Virus record (IMG/VR): IMGVR_UViG_3300050501_000354
Coordinates: 1-53,419 of that record
Strand: one strand, 5' to 3'
Source of the DNA: a virus
Lineage: Duplodnaviria; Caudoviricetes
DNA length: 53,419 nucleotides
In this document: positions 35,995 to 45,001 of the stretch, piece by piece
Layout: each line of letters starts with the position of its first letter
How positions within the stretch are numbered: the first letter of the stretch is position 1
The notes under the pieces: model-generated
What the model saw: only the letters and a program-made list of their open reading frames with translations
What the model was told of the DNA's origin: nothing
Database searches by the model: none
Program-made: the position numbers and the translations under genes

Positions 35995-36350
35995 TAGGAA
36001 AAAATCTCCCTGAGCATTTGGTTGATGGCCGCGTAATGGTTTTGCAGCGTGGGCAGGATGATGGCGTAACGCCCCTGGTTGGCGAGTTCCAAAAACTTGC
36101 CGTAGTCCATCCCGTGCGCCAGATAGATCGCCACCACATCTTTTGCCAGCTCCTCTTTGAAACCGCGCAAGGTCTGGCGCGCGTTCCCCGTCTGGTCCGT
36201 CCAGGTGGCGTTGTCTTTGGCGTAGGTCTCAAACTGCGCGGCGAAGTGGTCGGCCACCGCCTGGATCGCCTCGTAGACCTTCGCCTCGTAATTGCGCATT
36301 CCCTGGATGACGATGCGGTCGCTGCCGCCCCAGTCAATTCGTCCGCTCAC
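35994..36350 (-). CDS. HK97 gp10-like neck protein
   Basis: AKDNATWTDQTGNARQTL...YGKFLELANQGRYAII. Confidence 0.8.
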   Translation of the reverse strand: MSGRIDWGGSDRIVIQGMRNYEAKVYEAIQAVADHFAAQFETYAKDNATWTDQTGNARQTLRGFKEELAKDVVAIYLAHGMDYGKFLELANQGRYAIILPTLQNHYAAINQMLREIFS

Positions 36351-36742
36351 TCGGCGCTCTCTCCCCTGGCCTCGACCTTGCCGATCATCGTCCGGTCTAC
36401 ATAGGTGATTTCGTAGACCACGCCTGCGAGCGCAAACCGGTCTCCCCGCTGCACGTCCAAGTCGGCCATGTCGCCGTGCCCGGACGTGCCGATCAGATAC
36501 ACATTGTCCGTGCCGGCAATCCCCGCGCCGCCCGCTGCCTCCGGCGTGGACGAGCGCGACCCGCTGGCGGGCACGAGCAGCACCGTCTGGGCCGCGAGCG
36601 GCGCGCCGTCCCGCACCAGGACGACGCTCACGCCCCGGTGGCCGATCATGAAGGCCACGCCCCCGGCGCGGTTGGCGTCATCGAGCCAATCTTCGAGGTT
36701 GCTCTCCTCGTCCCAGTTCATCCAGCGGGTGAAGTCCGGCAT
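36347..36742 (-). CDS. Head-closure protein
   Basis: DVQRGDRF...YEI motif; synteny. Confidence 0.7.
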   Translation of the reverse strand: MPDFTRWMNWDEESNLEDWLDDANRAGGVAFMIGHRGVSVVLVRDGAPLAAQTVLLVPASGSRSSTPEAAGGAGIAGTDNVYLIGTSGHGDMADLDVQRGDRFALAGVVYEITYVDRTMIGKVEARGESAE

Positions 36743-37011
36743 TATTTCCCGCCTATCTTCGCTTTATCCATGAATAGGCTTTGCATTTCACAAAATGCTG
36801 CGATGTACTTCACGTCCATATTCTGTTGTTCAGCGTACTCAAGTAACTGATGGCTGGCACACTGCGCCAAGTAAGGCGGCAACCGCTTGCCGAGCCACCT
36901 GTAGAAACCCTCTAGCCAATACCGCCAGCCGCGATAGTAGAACGGCCAGGTGTCCGTTACGGTGTCTTGGTTTTCTTCATGCTCGATCATGGATTGCGAC
37001 TCTTCCACCAC
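36742..37011 (-). CDS. Hypothetical inserted gene (lower GC)
   Basis: ORF between connector genes. Confidence 0.5.
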   Translation of the reverse strand: MVEESQSMIEHEENQDTVTDTWPFYYRGWRYWLEGFYRWLGKRLPPYLAQCASHQLLEYAEQQNMDVKYIAAFCEMQSLFMDKAKIGGK

Positions 37012-37391
37012 TGATCCGGCACGTTGCCGTTCTCATCCGGCTCGACCCGCGTCGGGTGCGGGTAGGCGCGCAGCCCCGCCACGCTCAACCCCGTCTTCTG
37101 CCCCATGGCCGCCTCCAGCGCCGGTTCGTAGGCCTTCAGCCGGTCTTTCAGATTGGCGACGATCTGGGAGAGTTTTTCGGATGTCGCCCCGGCGGTGTAA
37201 TCGTGCAGCTTGGCGGCGTTGTTTAAGAGTCCCTCGAACATCAGCGCCTTCACCGCCTTCAGGTGGGTATACTCGTCCGCCGCGCCCGACGTGCGATCCC
37301 ACAGCCGGTGCAATTCCGGGTCCTGGAACGCTTCGCTGACATCGCCCATGTCTGCCCTTAGATCAACGATCTGCTGCACGGTCATTGGCAT
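36987..37391 (-). CDS. Head-tail adaptor protein
   Basis: Start reassigned (MPMTVQQIVDLRADMGD...); DYTAGATSEKLSQ; synteny. Confidence 0.7.
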   Translation of the reverse strand: MPMTVQQIVDLRADMGDVSEAFQDPELHRLWDRTSGAADEYTHLKAVKALMFEGLLNNAAKLHDYTAGATSEKLSQIVANLKDRLKAYEPALEAAMGQKTGLSVAGLRAYPHPTRVEPDENGNVPDQWWKSRNP

Positions 37392-38340
37392 AACCCACCT
37401 CCCTGTATCTGAGCGCATCCCGCACCACTTGCTCAACCCCCGCCACCGGCTGCCAGCCCAGGTCACGCAGAGCGCGCGAAGAGTCCGGGTATTTATCCGC
37501 CGCTTCGGCATAGCGCGGCCCAAAGATTGTCTGCGGGTCGACAAAGTGCATGTGCCCCTGACCCACGATCTTCATCACCATCACAGCCAGTTCGACCACA
37601 CGAATCCGGTTCGCCGGGTTGCCCAGGTTGTAGACCGTCCCCGTTTGTCCCCGCTCCGCCGCCTGCACCAGCCCCTCGGCGATCTCGCGCACATGCGTGA
37701 ACGCCCGCTGCTGCTGCCCATCGCCAAACACCGTCAGCGCCTCACCGGAGAGCGCCTGCTCGATGAAGCGCGGCACGACGAACCCCCCTGCACTCGATTG
37801 GCGCGGCCCGGCTACGTTGAATGGGCGCACGATCACGGCGCGCAGCCCGCTCGTGTTGAGGATCGCCGTCTCCGCCGCCAGCTTCGCCACCGCGTATTCC
37901 AGCCGGGGCGTGGTCTGGGCGACGAGTTTGCGCGGCATGTCCTCCCTACATAGGCCCCCCTCGCCGCCGCCGTACACCTCGCTGGTGGACACGTCCACGA
38001 GCACCGCGTCGTTTTGTTGCGCGAGCTTGATGAGCGTGTAGGCGTCGTCCACGATCTGGCGCACCATCTGCCCCGCGTGCGGGATGACACCAGCCGGGCC
38101 GACGGGCGAGGCGAGGTGGTAAATTTCGTCGTAGCGACGCCGATTGTGCTGGCCGTAGGCGATGTCCTGGATGTCAAAGGTCAACCCCTCCGGGTGTCCC
38201 AGGTCATCCAGCAGTTGGCCGGCCGGGACGGGATTGCTCGACAGGTTATCCACCACATGCACCTGCCGCCCACTTCTCAAGAGCGCCTCGACCAGGTGGC
38301 CGCCGATGAAGCCAAATCCGCCGGTGACGAGCGCTCTCAC
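37363..38340 (-). CDS. NAD-dependent NDP-sugar epimerase/dehydratase/decarboxylase (extended SDR)
   Basis: VTGGFGFIG, HLASPVGP, STSEVYG, YAVAK (YxxxK), FNVAGPRQ, VFGDGQQQRAF. Confidence 0.92.
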   Translation of the reverse strand: MRALVTGGFGFIGGHLVEALLRSGRQVHVVDNLSSNPVPAGQLLDDLGHPEGLTFDIQDIAYGQHNRRRYDEIYHLASPVGPAGVIPHAGQMVRQIVDDAYTLIKLAQQNDAVLVDVSTSEVYGGGEGGLCREDMPRKLVAQTTPRLEYAVAKLAAETAILNTSGLRAVIVRPFNVAGPRQSSAGGFVVPRFIEQALSGEALTVFGDGQQQRAFTHVREIAEGLVQAAERGQTGTVYNLGNPANRIRVVELAVMVMKIVGQGHMHFVDPQTIFGPRYAEAADKYPDSSRALRDLGWQPVAGVEQVVRDALRYREVGYANDRAADR

Positions 38341-38359
38341 AGTGTGACCCTCGCTTCGG

Positions 38360-39124
38360 TCATGGGATGTCCTCTCGATTGTGGCCGGGGTAGGGTGCGT
38401 GGCGCGCGTCGGGCGCGATCCGGTACCCGAATTCCGCATTAAACGGCGTGGTAAACTGCTCGTCGCCCTTGTCGCCGCCCCATTTGCGGGTGTAATAGTC
38501 CCGGTTGCGCTTAAACGTCCACTCGTGCGCCGCCCGCGCCCCCTCGGTCGTCAGCGTCCGCAGCGTCTTGCTGCCTGCGTGAATCAGCACCGTATCCTTG
38601 ACGGTGTGGCGGCGCAGCCCGGCCAGCGTCGCCCGACGGTACCAGTCCACGTCTTCGTAATAGATGGGGAAGAAATTCTCGTCGAAGCAGCCCACACCCT
38701 CCAGCGCAATCGGGTTGATCGCGGCCAGCGCCAGCAGCATATCGCCCTGCACCCTCAATTGCGCGTCCATGCCGCTCCCCGTCACCAGATAGGCGTCCCG
38801 CTGTGCATAAGCCGCCGCCGCGATCTTGTGCAAATCGGCGCGCGTCGCGCTCACGTCGTCGTTGGCAATCAGCGCCACGTCGGCCCCGCGCGCGTAAGCC
38901 GCCAGCAGCCCTTCGTTCCAGGATTTCGCCAGGCCGCGATTGATGCCGTAGGCGTTGTAGAACACGTTCGGGTGCAGCGCGATCCGGCGGCAGGCGGCCA
39001 AGATGTCCGGCGCGCGGCTGTGGAGGTACAGATGCCACGTCACGTCGTCGCCGTTCAGGCTCTCAAACAGCGCCCACACGTCGTCCGGCAGTGCATAGGC
39101 GATGAGGATGATGTGGATGTTCAC
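38360..39124 (-). CDS. GT2-family glycosyltransferase
   Basis: NRGLAKSWNEG, ANDD, GCFDENFFPIYYEDVDW, HAGSKT. Confidence 0.9.
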   Translation of the reverse strand: MNIHIILIAYALPDDVWALFESLNGDDVTWHLYLHSRAPDILAACRRIALHPNVFYNAYGINRGLAKSWNEGLLAAYARGADVALIANDDVSATRADLHKIAAAAYAQRDAYLVTGSGMDAQLRVQGDMLLALAAINPIALEGVGCFDENFFPIYYEDVDWYRRATLAGLRRHTVKDTVLIHAGSKTLRTLTTEGARAAHEWTFKRNRDYYTRKWGGDKGDEQFTTPFNAEFGYRIAPDARHAPYPGHNREDIP

Positions 39125-39294
39125 CACAGAGTCTCCCTGAACATGCGCCAGCGTAGCCGCAATCGCGCTGGATACCGCTTGATGGTGTACAGCCACCCAA
39201 TCCAGGGGCGAGCACGAACGAGATACCCATGTTCCACAGGCGTCCACTTCGACCAGAGCGGATGATAGAATCGGGTGTACAGGGATATTTTCAT
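39121..39294 (-). CDS. Small hypothetical protein
   Basis: Overlaps both neighbours. Confidence 0.4.
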   Translation of the reverse strand: MKISLYTRFYHPLWSKWTPVEHGYLVRARPWIGWLYTIKRYPARLRLRWRMFRETLW

Positions 39295-39920
39295 AGCAGC
39301 CGCCCGCCTTCCACCCACTCGTGGGGCAGTCGCTTCCCCTTCTTCGCATTGCAAACAGGGCACGAAATCACGATGTTGGAGGCGTCATTCCAGCCATCTC
39401 TAATCAGTGGTACGACATGCTCCACATGGAATTCTTTGCCGAGCTTGCAGTGTCCACAAGCGGCATAGTAACAGCGCCCTTTCTGGCGCTTCAGTTGTGC
39501 TTGAATGTCGTCGACGGTGTGCTTGCCGGGGGCAGCGCATAACTTTGAGCGGCGATTACTGTTAATGACTTTAATAATCTCAGGATGCTTTTCACGGTAA
39601 CGACGTACTCGCTCCGCTTGCTGTTCACGATGCTTTGGTGCGTACTCTCGCATATATGCACGCTTTTCTTCAGCGTGTTCATTTTGCCAGCGCTTATTCG
39701 CTTCCTGCTGTCGTTCTGGATTGTTCATTCGCCAGACACGACTATTCTCCCGTGATTTTTCTGGGTTATTTTTTCGCCACTCACAGGATTTTGCCTTGTT
39801 ACAGGTTTTGCACACTCCGTTCAATCCATCGTTCGCCCTTTTGTTGCCATGAAAATACGCCGTCGTCGCCGGGAACTCCTGCTTGCACTTGCTGCACTCC
39901 TTCATCCGCTCGTCAGTCAT
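39291..39920 (-). CDS. HNH homing-type endonuclease
   Basis: CSKC/CKTC Zn motifs; HVEHVVPL...NIVISCPVCNAKK; lower GC. Confidence 0.9.
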   Translation of the reverse strand: MTDERMKECSKCKQEFPATTAYFHGNKRANDGLNGVCKTCNKAKSCEWRKNNPEKSRENSRVWRMNNPERQQEANKRWQNEHAEEKRAYMREYAPKHREQQAERVRRYREKHPEIIKVINSNRRSKLCAAPGKHTVDDIQAQLKRQKGRCYYAACGHCKLGKEFHVEHVVPLIRDGWNDASNIVISCPVCNAKKGKRLPHEWVEGGRLL

Positions 39921-40389
39921 TGCTACCGCTTTCGAGCAGCCGCTTATCCTGCTCCCACCGCTCAATCGCCGCTCGGATGGCCGCCACCGGCTGCTGGCCG
40001 AAACCGACATACTCGACACGGCTCCAGTTTGGCTCTGGGATGATGATAATTTGAAGCCGCGCTAGCCACAGTCCCTTCGCTCTTTCCAGTTGACATTCGA
40101 TAGTTTCCGGCAGGCTGTTGAGCATATCGTTGAAAGTGATCTCGTGGGGGCCCGTCATTGCGCCGCTGCCTTGCCAATCCTTACCGTGCTCACGCAACAC
40201 CTGTAGCCGTTCCACAATGTCCTCACATGCGTGACCGAGCGCCCAGGACGGCGTATCTTCAGCGACAGCAATCGGCACATTGGCATACTGCACATCAGGA
40301 ATATCGGACGTTACAGCGAGCCACAGGCCAGGCTTTGCCTCGTCAATAGTGATGGTCACGGTAATGCTCACTCGTTCCGCTCCAGCCAC
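39913..40389 (-). CDS. Hypothetical protein
   Basis: Overlaps neighbours. Confidence 0.55.
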   Translation of the reverse strand: MAGAERVSITVTITIDEAKPGLWLAVTSDIPDVQYANVPIAVAEDTPSWALGHACEDIVERLQVLREHGKDWQGSGAMTGPHEITFNDMLNSLPETIECQLERAKGLWLARLQIIIIPEPNWSRVEYVGFGQQPVAAIRAAIERWEQDKRLLESGSND

Positions 40390-40607
40390 TCCAGGTAATC
40401 AGCCTTCGTCTGAACAATGATGACGTTTGGGCCAATGTCGCGTCGCCGGATGACCTCCACCGCGCCATAGTCGGTGTTCATCGTCGCCACATCGTCCAGC
40501 GGCGATTTGTAAATAAGGGGGATGAGCGCCACGAACGGCCCTTCGTGCCCGTGCGCGGCCATCTCCTCAAGCATGGTCATGATGATGTTGCGCGGATTCT
40601 GAGTCAT
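40368..40607 (-). CDS. Small hypothetical protein
   Basis: ATGA overlap with GT4 stop. Confidence 0.55.
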   Translation of the reverse strand: MTQNPRNIIMTMLEEMAAHGHEGPFVALIPLIYKSPLDDVATMNTDYGAVEVIRRRDIGPNVIIVQTKADYLEWLERNE

Positions 40608-41626
40608 CGCCCTTCCTCGCCGATCACCCTCAAAATCTCCCTGGCACTTTTTTTCCAGGTGAAGTGCTCCATCAGATACACCCGCCCGCGCCGCGCCTGC
40701 AACAGCGCATGGGCGTAGTGGCGGTGCACGTACAGCATCTGGCGATCTAAGGCCTCGATGTCCGCTTCTGCCCACTCGGCCCCCTCCGCATTCGCATCGT
40801 GTACGCCGAACTGCGCCGGCAGCATCCGCCCCACCGGCAGCGCATAGCCCCACTTCTCCACGTCCCAGAGGCCCAGCCACCGGGTGGCGATCACCGGCAG
40901 CCCCGCCAGCACCGCCTCCCTGGGCGGCAGCCCAAAGCCCTCGCCATACGACGGGAACACCAGGCACTGTACCCGCGCGAGCAGCGCGTGCCAGTCGGCC
41001 TCCGACGTTTCGCCGCCGATCACCTCAATATGCGGCTCGTCCAGCCCGGCGATCCACATATTGTCCCAGCCGTCGCGCGCCTTGATGATGAGCCTCACGC
41101 CCGGTTTGTCACGGAACAGCCGGTCGAACGCCAGCATCGCCAGGTGCGCGCCCTTGCGCATGTCGCCGAGCGTGTAGGCTAAAAAGGTGAACTCGGCAGG
41201 GTAGGGGCGGCGAGAGGTGAGATGCGGCGGATTGAGGTCCACGCCCAGGGGCACATAGTGAATGGGAATCTGCACGCCGCTGTCCCGGTACACCTCCACC
41301 AGCGGCGGACAGGGCACACACACGGCCTCAAACCGTTCGTTGAGCGCGTCCACCCACCCCTTGGACACGCGCGTGCTCTCGCTCATGGTGAAGGAGACGA
41401 GTCTGTCGCTGTCTGTGATGCGGTTGCCCCATTCCGGGCTGCCGGCCACCAGCACCGTGCCACCGATTTTTTTGGTGGCGTATTTCGCCTCGCCCTTTTT
41501 GGCGAGCGTGGGGAAGGCCGTCGTCACGCGCGTACCCAGCGCCACGAAGCCCTGGAGCAAGCCTGCCTCGACTTTGCCATAGCCTGTCGCCATATTCATT
41601 TCGGTGGGCGCAAATAGGGTAATCAT
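40604..41626 (-). CDS. GT4-like (GT-B) glycosyltransferase, predicted leaderless
   Basis: TGYG, RKG, PSYGEGFGLPPREAVLAGLPVIAT; ATG 7 nt after TGcTACAAT. Confidence 0.92.
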   Translation of the reverse strand: MITLFAPTEMNMATGYGKVEAGLLQGFVALGTRVTTAFPTLAKKGEAKYATKKIGGTVLVAGSPEWGNRITDSDRLVSFTMSESTRVSKGWVDALNERFEAVCVPCPPLVEVYRDSGVQIPIHYVPLGVDLNPPHLTSRRPYPAEFTFLAYTLGDMRKGAHLAMLAFDRLFRDKPGVRLIIKARDGWDNMWIAGLDEPHIEVIGGETSEADWHALLARVQCLVFPSYGEGFGLPPREAVLAGLPVIATRWLGLWDVEKWGYALPVGRMLPAQFGVHDANAEGAEWAEADIEALDRQMLYVHRHYAHALLQARRGRVYLMEHFTWKKSAREILRVIGEEGR

Positions 41627-41663
41627 GTGCTCATTGTAGCACAAACGTGCTGAGGGCGGGAAC

Positions 41664-41687
41664 AAAAAGAAGCACCCGCGGTGCCTC
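41664..41687 (-). terminator. Intrinsic terminator after major capsid gene
   Basis: GAGGCACC-GCG-GGTGCTTC-TTTTT. Confidence 0.75.
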
Positions 41688-41710
41688 TCCGTTCTCTATA
41701 TTGAATTTCA

Positions 41711-42841
41711 CTAACTAATCGTGGGATTTGTCCAGGTACCGCCGCCGCTGCGGAACGCCGCCACGCCGTTGGTGCGGTCTTCGCCCACGCTCACGCCGAA
41801 CTCGAAGGGCAGCACCGCCCGCTTGATCGGGAACTGGTCGTTGCCCGACGCTTCCGGCACGATGTAGAAGCCGAAGCCCGCCTGCGGGTGCACGCGCACC
41901 TTGAGCGAATTGCGGGCGTTGAGTTCGCCATACGACTTGTGTAACCCGGAGTAGTTGGTTGGGACGCGCGCGGTGGCGAACAGTTCGATCAGCCCGAAGT
42001 CCGACTGGAAGTGGCCGAACAGCCCGTCCGACACCAGCGGCTCGCCGCGCACAAACAGTTGGTTGCCGCTCGACTCGCCGCCCCGGTCAATCGCCACCAC
42101 GATGGGCGACACGTACTGCACGAACTTGGTCAGCGCCCGGTACAGCGCCACGTCGGCGCGGGCCACAATCCCCCGGAAGGGCGCGCGGTGGCCGTGCTCT
42201 TCTAGCGTCGCCGCCATGTTGTTGAGCTGCACGTCCAGCGTCACCGACCCGCTTGCCACGCCCATGTAATGGTCGTGCGAGGTGGTGAACGACTGCCCGG
42301 CGTAAGCGGGCGGCGTGAAGTCCACATCGCCGCCGGTGCCGCGCACGAACGGCACGTCGCGTCCCACCGACCCCACACTATTTTCGGTGTTGGTGAAGAA
42401 GCGTGTCAGGAGCGCCTTCTCAAAGCGCCATCGCGCCCGGTTGACGAGGGTCTGAATGGTGGAGTTGATCTGCGCCCGCCGCGCGTCGCGCCAGAACATC
42501 CACGACCCACCCACCGCGCCGCCGTAGGATTTCAGGTCAATCATGTGCCCGATGGTCTCGCCCTGCACCTGATCGGGGATGTCCAGGTCGGTGATCTCCG
42601 GTAGTTCCGTCACCGCGCCGCCGTCCGGGTATTCCAGCACCAGTTCTTCGGTGAGCGCAAAGAGCCAGCCCCAGTCGCGCACCAGCTCCTGGTTGAAGTC
42701 GCCCACGGCCAGCGAGAGCTGGTTGACAAATTCCTGGAAGCTGATGCCTTCCCGCATCAGCCACTGCGCCATCTTCGTTCCGTCCACGCCCGTCGGCAGC
42801 GCGCGGCTGACGATGGTCATGGGTCCTAATACTTCTGCCAT
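41711..42841 (-). CDS. Major capsid protein
   Basis: 376 aa, strong SD, after scaffold/decoration, followed by terminator. Confidence 0.75.
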   Translation of the reverse strand: MAEVLGPMTIVSRALPTGVDGTKMAQWLMREGISFQEFVNQLSLAVGDFNQELVRDWGWLFALTEELVLEYPDGGAVTELPEITDLDIPDQVQGETIGHMIDLKSYGGAVGGSWMFWRDARRAQINSTIQTLVNRARWRFEKALLTRFFTNTENSVGSVGRDVPFVRGTGGDVDFTPPAYAGQSFTTSHDHYMGVASGSVTLDVQLNNMAATLEEHGHRAPFRGIVARADVALYRALTKFVQYVSPIVVAIDRGGESSGNQLFVRGEPLVSDGLFGHFQSDFGLIELFATARVPTNYSGLHKSYGELNARNSLKVRVHPQAGFGFYIVPEASGNDQFPIKRAVLPFEFGVSVGEDRTNGVAAFRSGGGTWTNPTIS

Positions 42842-42852
42842 GTCTTTTCTCC

Positions 42853-42902
42853 TTAATTTTGTCGGCGAAGCCGATCTATACCCGCTCCGCGGGCAAAATT
42901 AA
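42853..42902. repeat. Family B-variant Y-shaped element
   Basis: TTAATTTTG-TCGGCGAAGCCGA-TCTATA-CCCGCTCCGCGGG-CAAAATTAA. Confidence 0.8.
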
Positions 42903-42907
42903 CTGGT

Positions 42908-43336
42908 TTAGGCCAGCCCGCTAGAGCGCGCCGTCGTGATGCCGGGCGCAACGAACAAAATACCGGCGCTTTCGGCGTAGCCCACCGACTTGGCCCACTT
43001 GCCCGCGCCCGATGGGGCGGTGGCTGTGATGTCGCCTGCCACCGTGTCGCTCAGGTAGTAGATCGCGCCGGGCGTGAGCGAGTCGTAGCCGCCCACCGGC
43101 CCGAACGTCACAATCGTGCACCCGTCGCCGTCGGCCACCGTCGTCTCACCCGGCTCGTTGACCTCCACCAGGACGCCAATCGCCTCGCTGGTCGCCGCCG
43201 CATTGGCGCGCGCCGCTTCCACATCGCCGTCGGCGGCATTGTAGACGACGTTCCCCATCGTCCCCGCGCCGCCTGCCCGCCGCCGCCGTAAGATCGCCCC
43301 TTCCAGGGGTCGCACTTTTGCCGCTGTCACTCCCAT
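42908..43336 (-). CDS. Capsid decoration/cement protein
   Basis: LTPGAIYYLSDTVAG...VGYA motif; synteny. Confidence 0.7.
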   Translation of the reverse strand: MGVTAAKVRPLEGAILRRRRAGGAGTMGNVVYNAADGDVEAARANAAATSEAIGVLVEVNEPGETTVADGDGCTIVTFGPVGGYDSLTPGAIYYLSDTVAGDITATAPSGAGKWAKSVGYAESAGILFVAPGITTARSSGLA

Positions 43337-43363
43337 GGTTCCACTCCCTCTTTATGTCGGTTT

Positions 43364-43409
43364 TGATTTCGCCCCAGAGGGGCATAGGTCGGCTCCGCCG
43401 ACGAAATCA
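43364..43409. repeat. Family B element
   Basis: TGATTTCG-CCCCAGAGGGG-CATAGG-TCGGCTCCGCCGA-CGAAATCA. Confidence 0.85.
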
Positions 43410-43416
43410 GACGAAA

Positions 43417-44541
43417 TTAAATTCCGAAGTTTCCGCGCGCCGCTGCCCGCTTCTCCGGCGTGTCCTCGAACTTGGCGGCCAGCCCCTGCGTGGTGACAAC
43501 CACGCGCGGCCCGCCCAGTTCCAGCACCAGCGACTTGGCGATCCGCTGGATGTGTTCGCTTTGCAGCAGTTCGCGCACGCGCACCTGCGCCGCTTCCTTG
43601 CTCGCCACCGGCCCCAACATCTCGCTGATGATGGGCCGCAGATCGGCCAGCTTCACCTCGCCCGCGATCACCTCGGCGATCTCGGCGGTCAGCACCTGCT
43701 TGCGCAGGTCGGCGATCTCTGACACCAGCACCTTCACGCTCGCCAGTAGGTCGCTGCCGGGCACGAGCTGCTGAAGCTCGGCGACTAATGTATTGCGCTG
43801 CTCCAGCGCCGTCTGCGCGTTGTCGCGTTCGGTGCGCATTTCTGCGATCATCTTGTCGAAGTCTTCGTTCACGATACTCTCCTGTTGGATAACGGGTGTT
43901 TCTGAGGCAGGGGTTTCCACCAGCACCGTCGTCACGCCGTCGTTGTTTGTTCCATCCGTTGGAGTGGGATCAGCCGCGCCGTCTCCATCCTCCATTTCAC
44001 TGGTGATATGTGGCGGCGCCACCGCCTCGCGGATGCCCGCCCGCGTGGGGTCGGCAATATCCAGCTTCTCCAGGTCAATGTCCACCGCCTCGCCGCCCTG
44101 CTCGCTCGCCCAGCCGTAAATGCTGGTGGCGACGCGCGCGCCGGTGGCCTTCGCCTGCCGGAAGTGATCCCGTGCCTTCTGCGTCAGTACGATACCCTTT
44201 GCCCACACCGTCCCGTTCGAGTCCCGCTGCGCTCGCAGCCAGCGGATGTCGGGCGGGTCATAGCGGGTGGCGCGTTCGTCATCGCGCAGATGGCCGAAGC
44301 CGCCCTCCGGTCGCTTGTCGTTGATCTCGCGCTCCAGCGCCGAACCAAACGCACCGCCGTACTTGCGGCCATTACCGGAGCGCGCCTGCCGCGGCATCAC
44401 GGGCAGCGTCACGAACATCGGGTTTGGCCCCAGCCCTTCCACGTCAACGTCAGTGGGCAAGGTGATTTCGGGGTAGCTGCCGCGCAGCTCGCTCACCTGG
44501 ACGTAGAGCATCTCGGAGGCGACCGCTGTTTTCTCGGTCAT
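43417..44541 (-). CDS. Prohead protease/scaffold
   Basis: SGNGRKY, GH, SIYG motifs in N-terminal half; coiled-coil C-terminal half. Confidence 0.7.
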   Translation of the reverse strand: MTEKTAVASEMLYVQVSELRGSYPEITLPTDVDVEGLGPNPMFVTLPVMPRQARSGNGRKYGGAFGSALEREINDKRPEGGFGHLRDDERATRYDPPDIRWLRAQRDSNGTVWAKGIVLTQKARDHFRQAKATGARVATSIYGWASEQGGEAVDIDLEKLDIADPTRAGIREAVAPPHITSEMEDGDGAADPTPTDGTNNDGVTTVLVETPASETPVIQQESIVNEDFDKMIAEMRTERDNAQTALEQRNTLVAELQQLVPGSDLLASVKVLVSEIADLRKQVLTAEIAEVIAGEVKLADLRPIISEMLGPVASKEAAQVRVRELLQSEHIQRIAKSLVLELGGPRVVVTTQGLAAKFEDTPEKRAAARGNFGI

Positions 44542-44687
44542 GCGTACTCCTCAAACTTTCTCAAATACAGATAAAAACGCGACCCGCAAACCTGACGCTC
44601 AGGTCTACGCGCCGCGCGCGTTGAATCATCGTTTATTAGTGTAGCACAAATATGCTAGGGCTTTACTTTCACCGCCGTGACCACTCG

Positions 44688-45001
44688 CTAGAGATTTGGA
44701 TAGGGACCTTTCGTCCGGTCCACAGCGAAACGGTATATTCGTTCCTCAAGCGCCTCCAACGTGAACTGATCCCAGTCCATCTGGATACCATGCTTAAGAC
44801 CCCGCTCGCTCTCGACCACGAACAGTAATATCTTCGCGCCTGGCTTGATTGATACGGTGATGCCGCCCCAGGAAAGTCGCTGGTACTGGCACACTCGTTC
44901 TCGCCCAGGTCAAAGAAATGGAGTTTCACCCCTGCTCGTTCGCAGGCACGCTCGGCCAGTTGAACAATTGCTTTACGTTCAGGAATTGTCATCATGGTCA
45001 T
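44688..45001 (-). other. Hypothetical gene, possibly frameshifted (ORFs 44669-45001 and 44688-44894)
   Basis: Two overlapping frames join at GAGTGTGCCAG. Confidence 0.35.
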
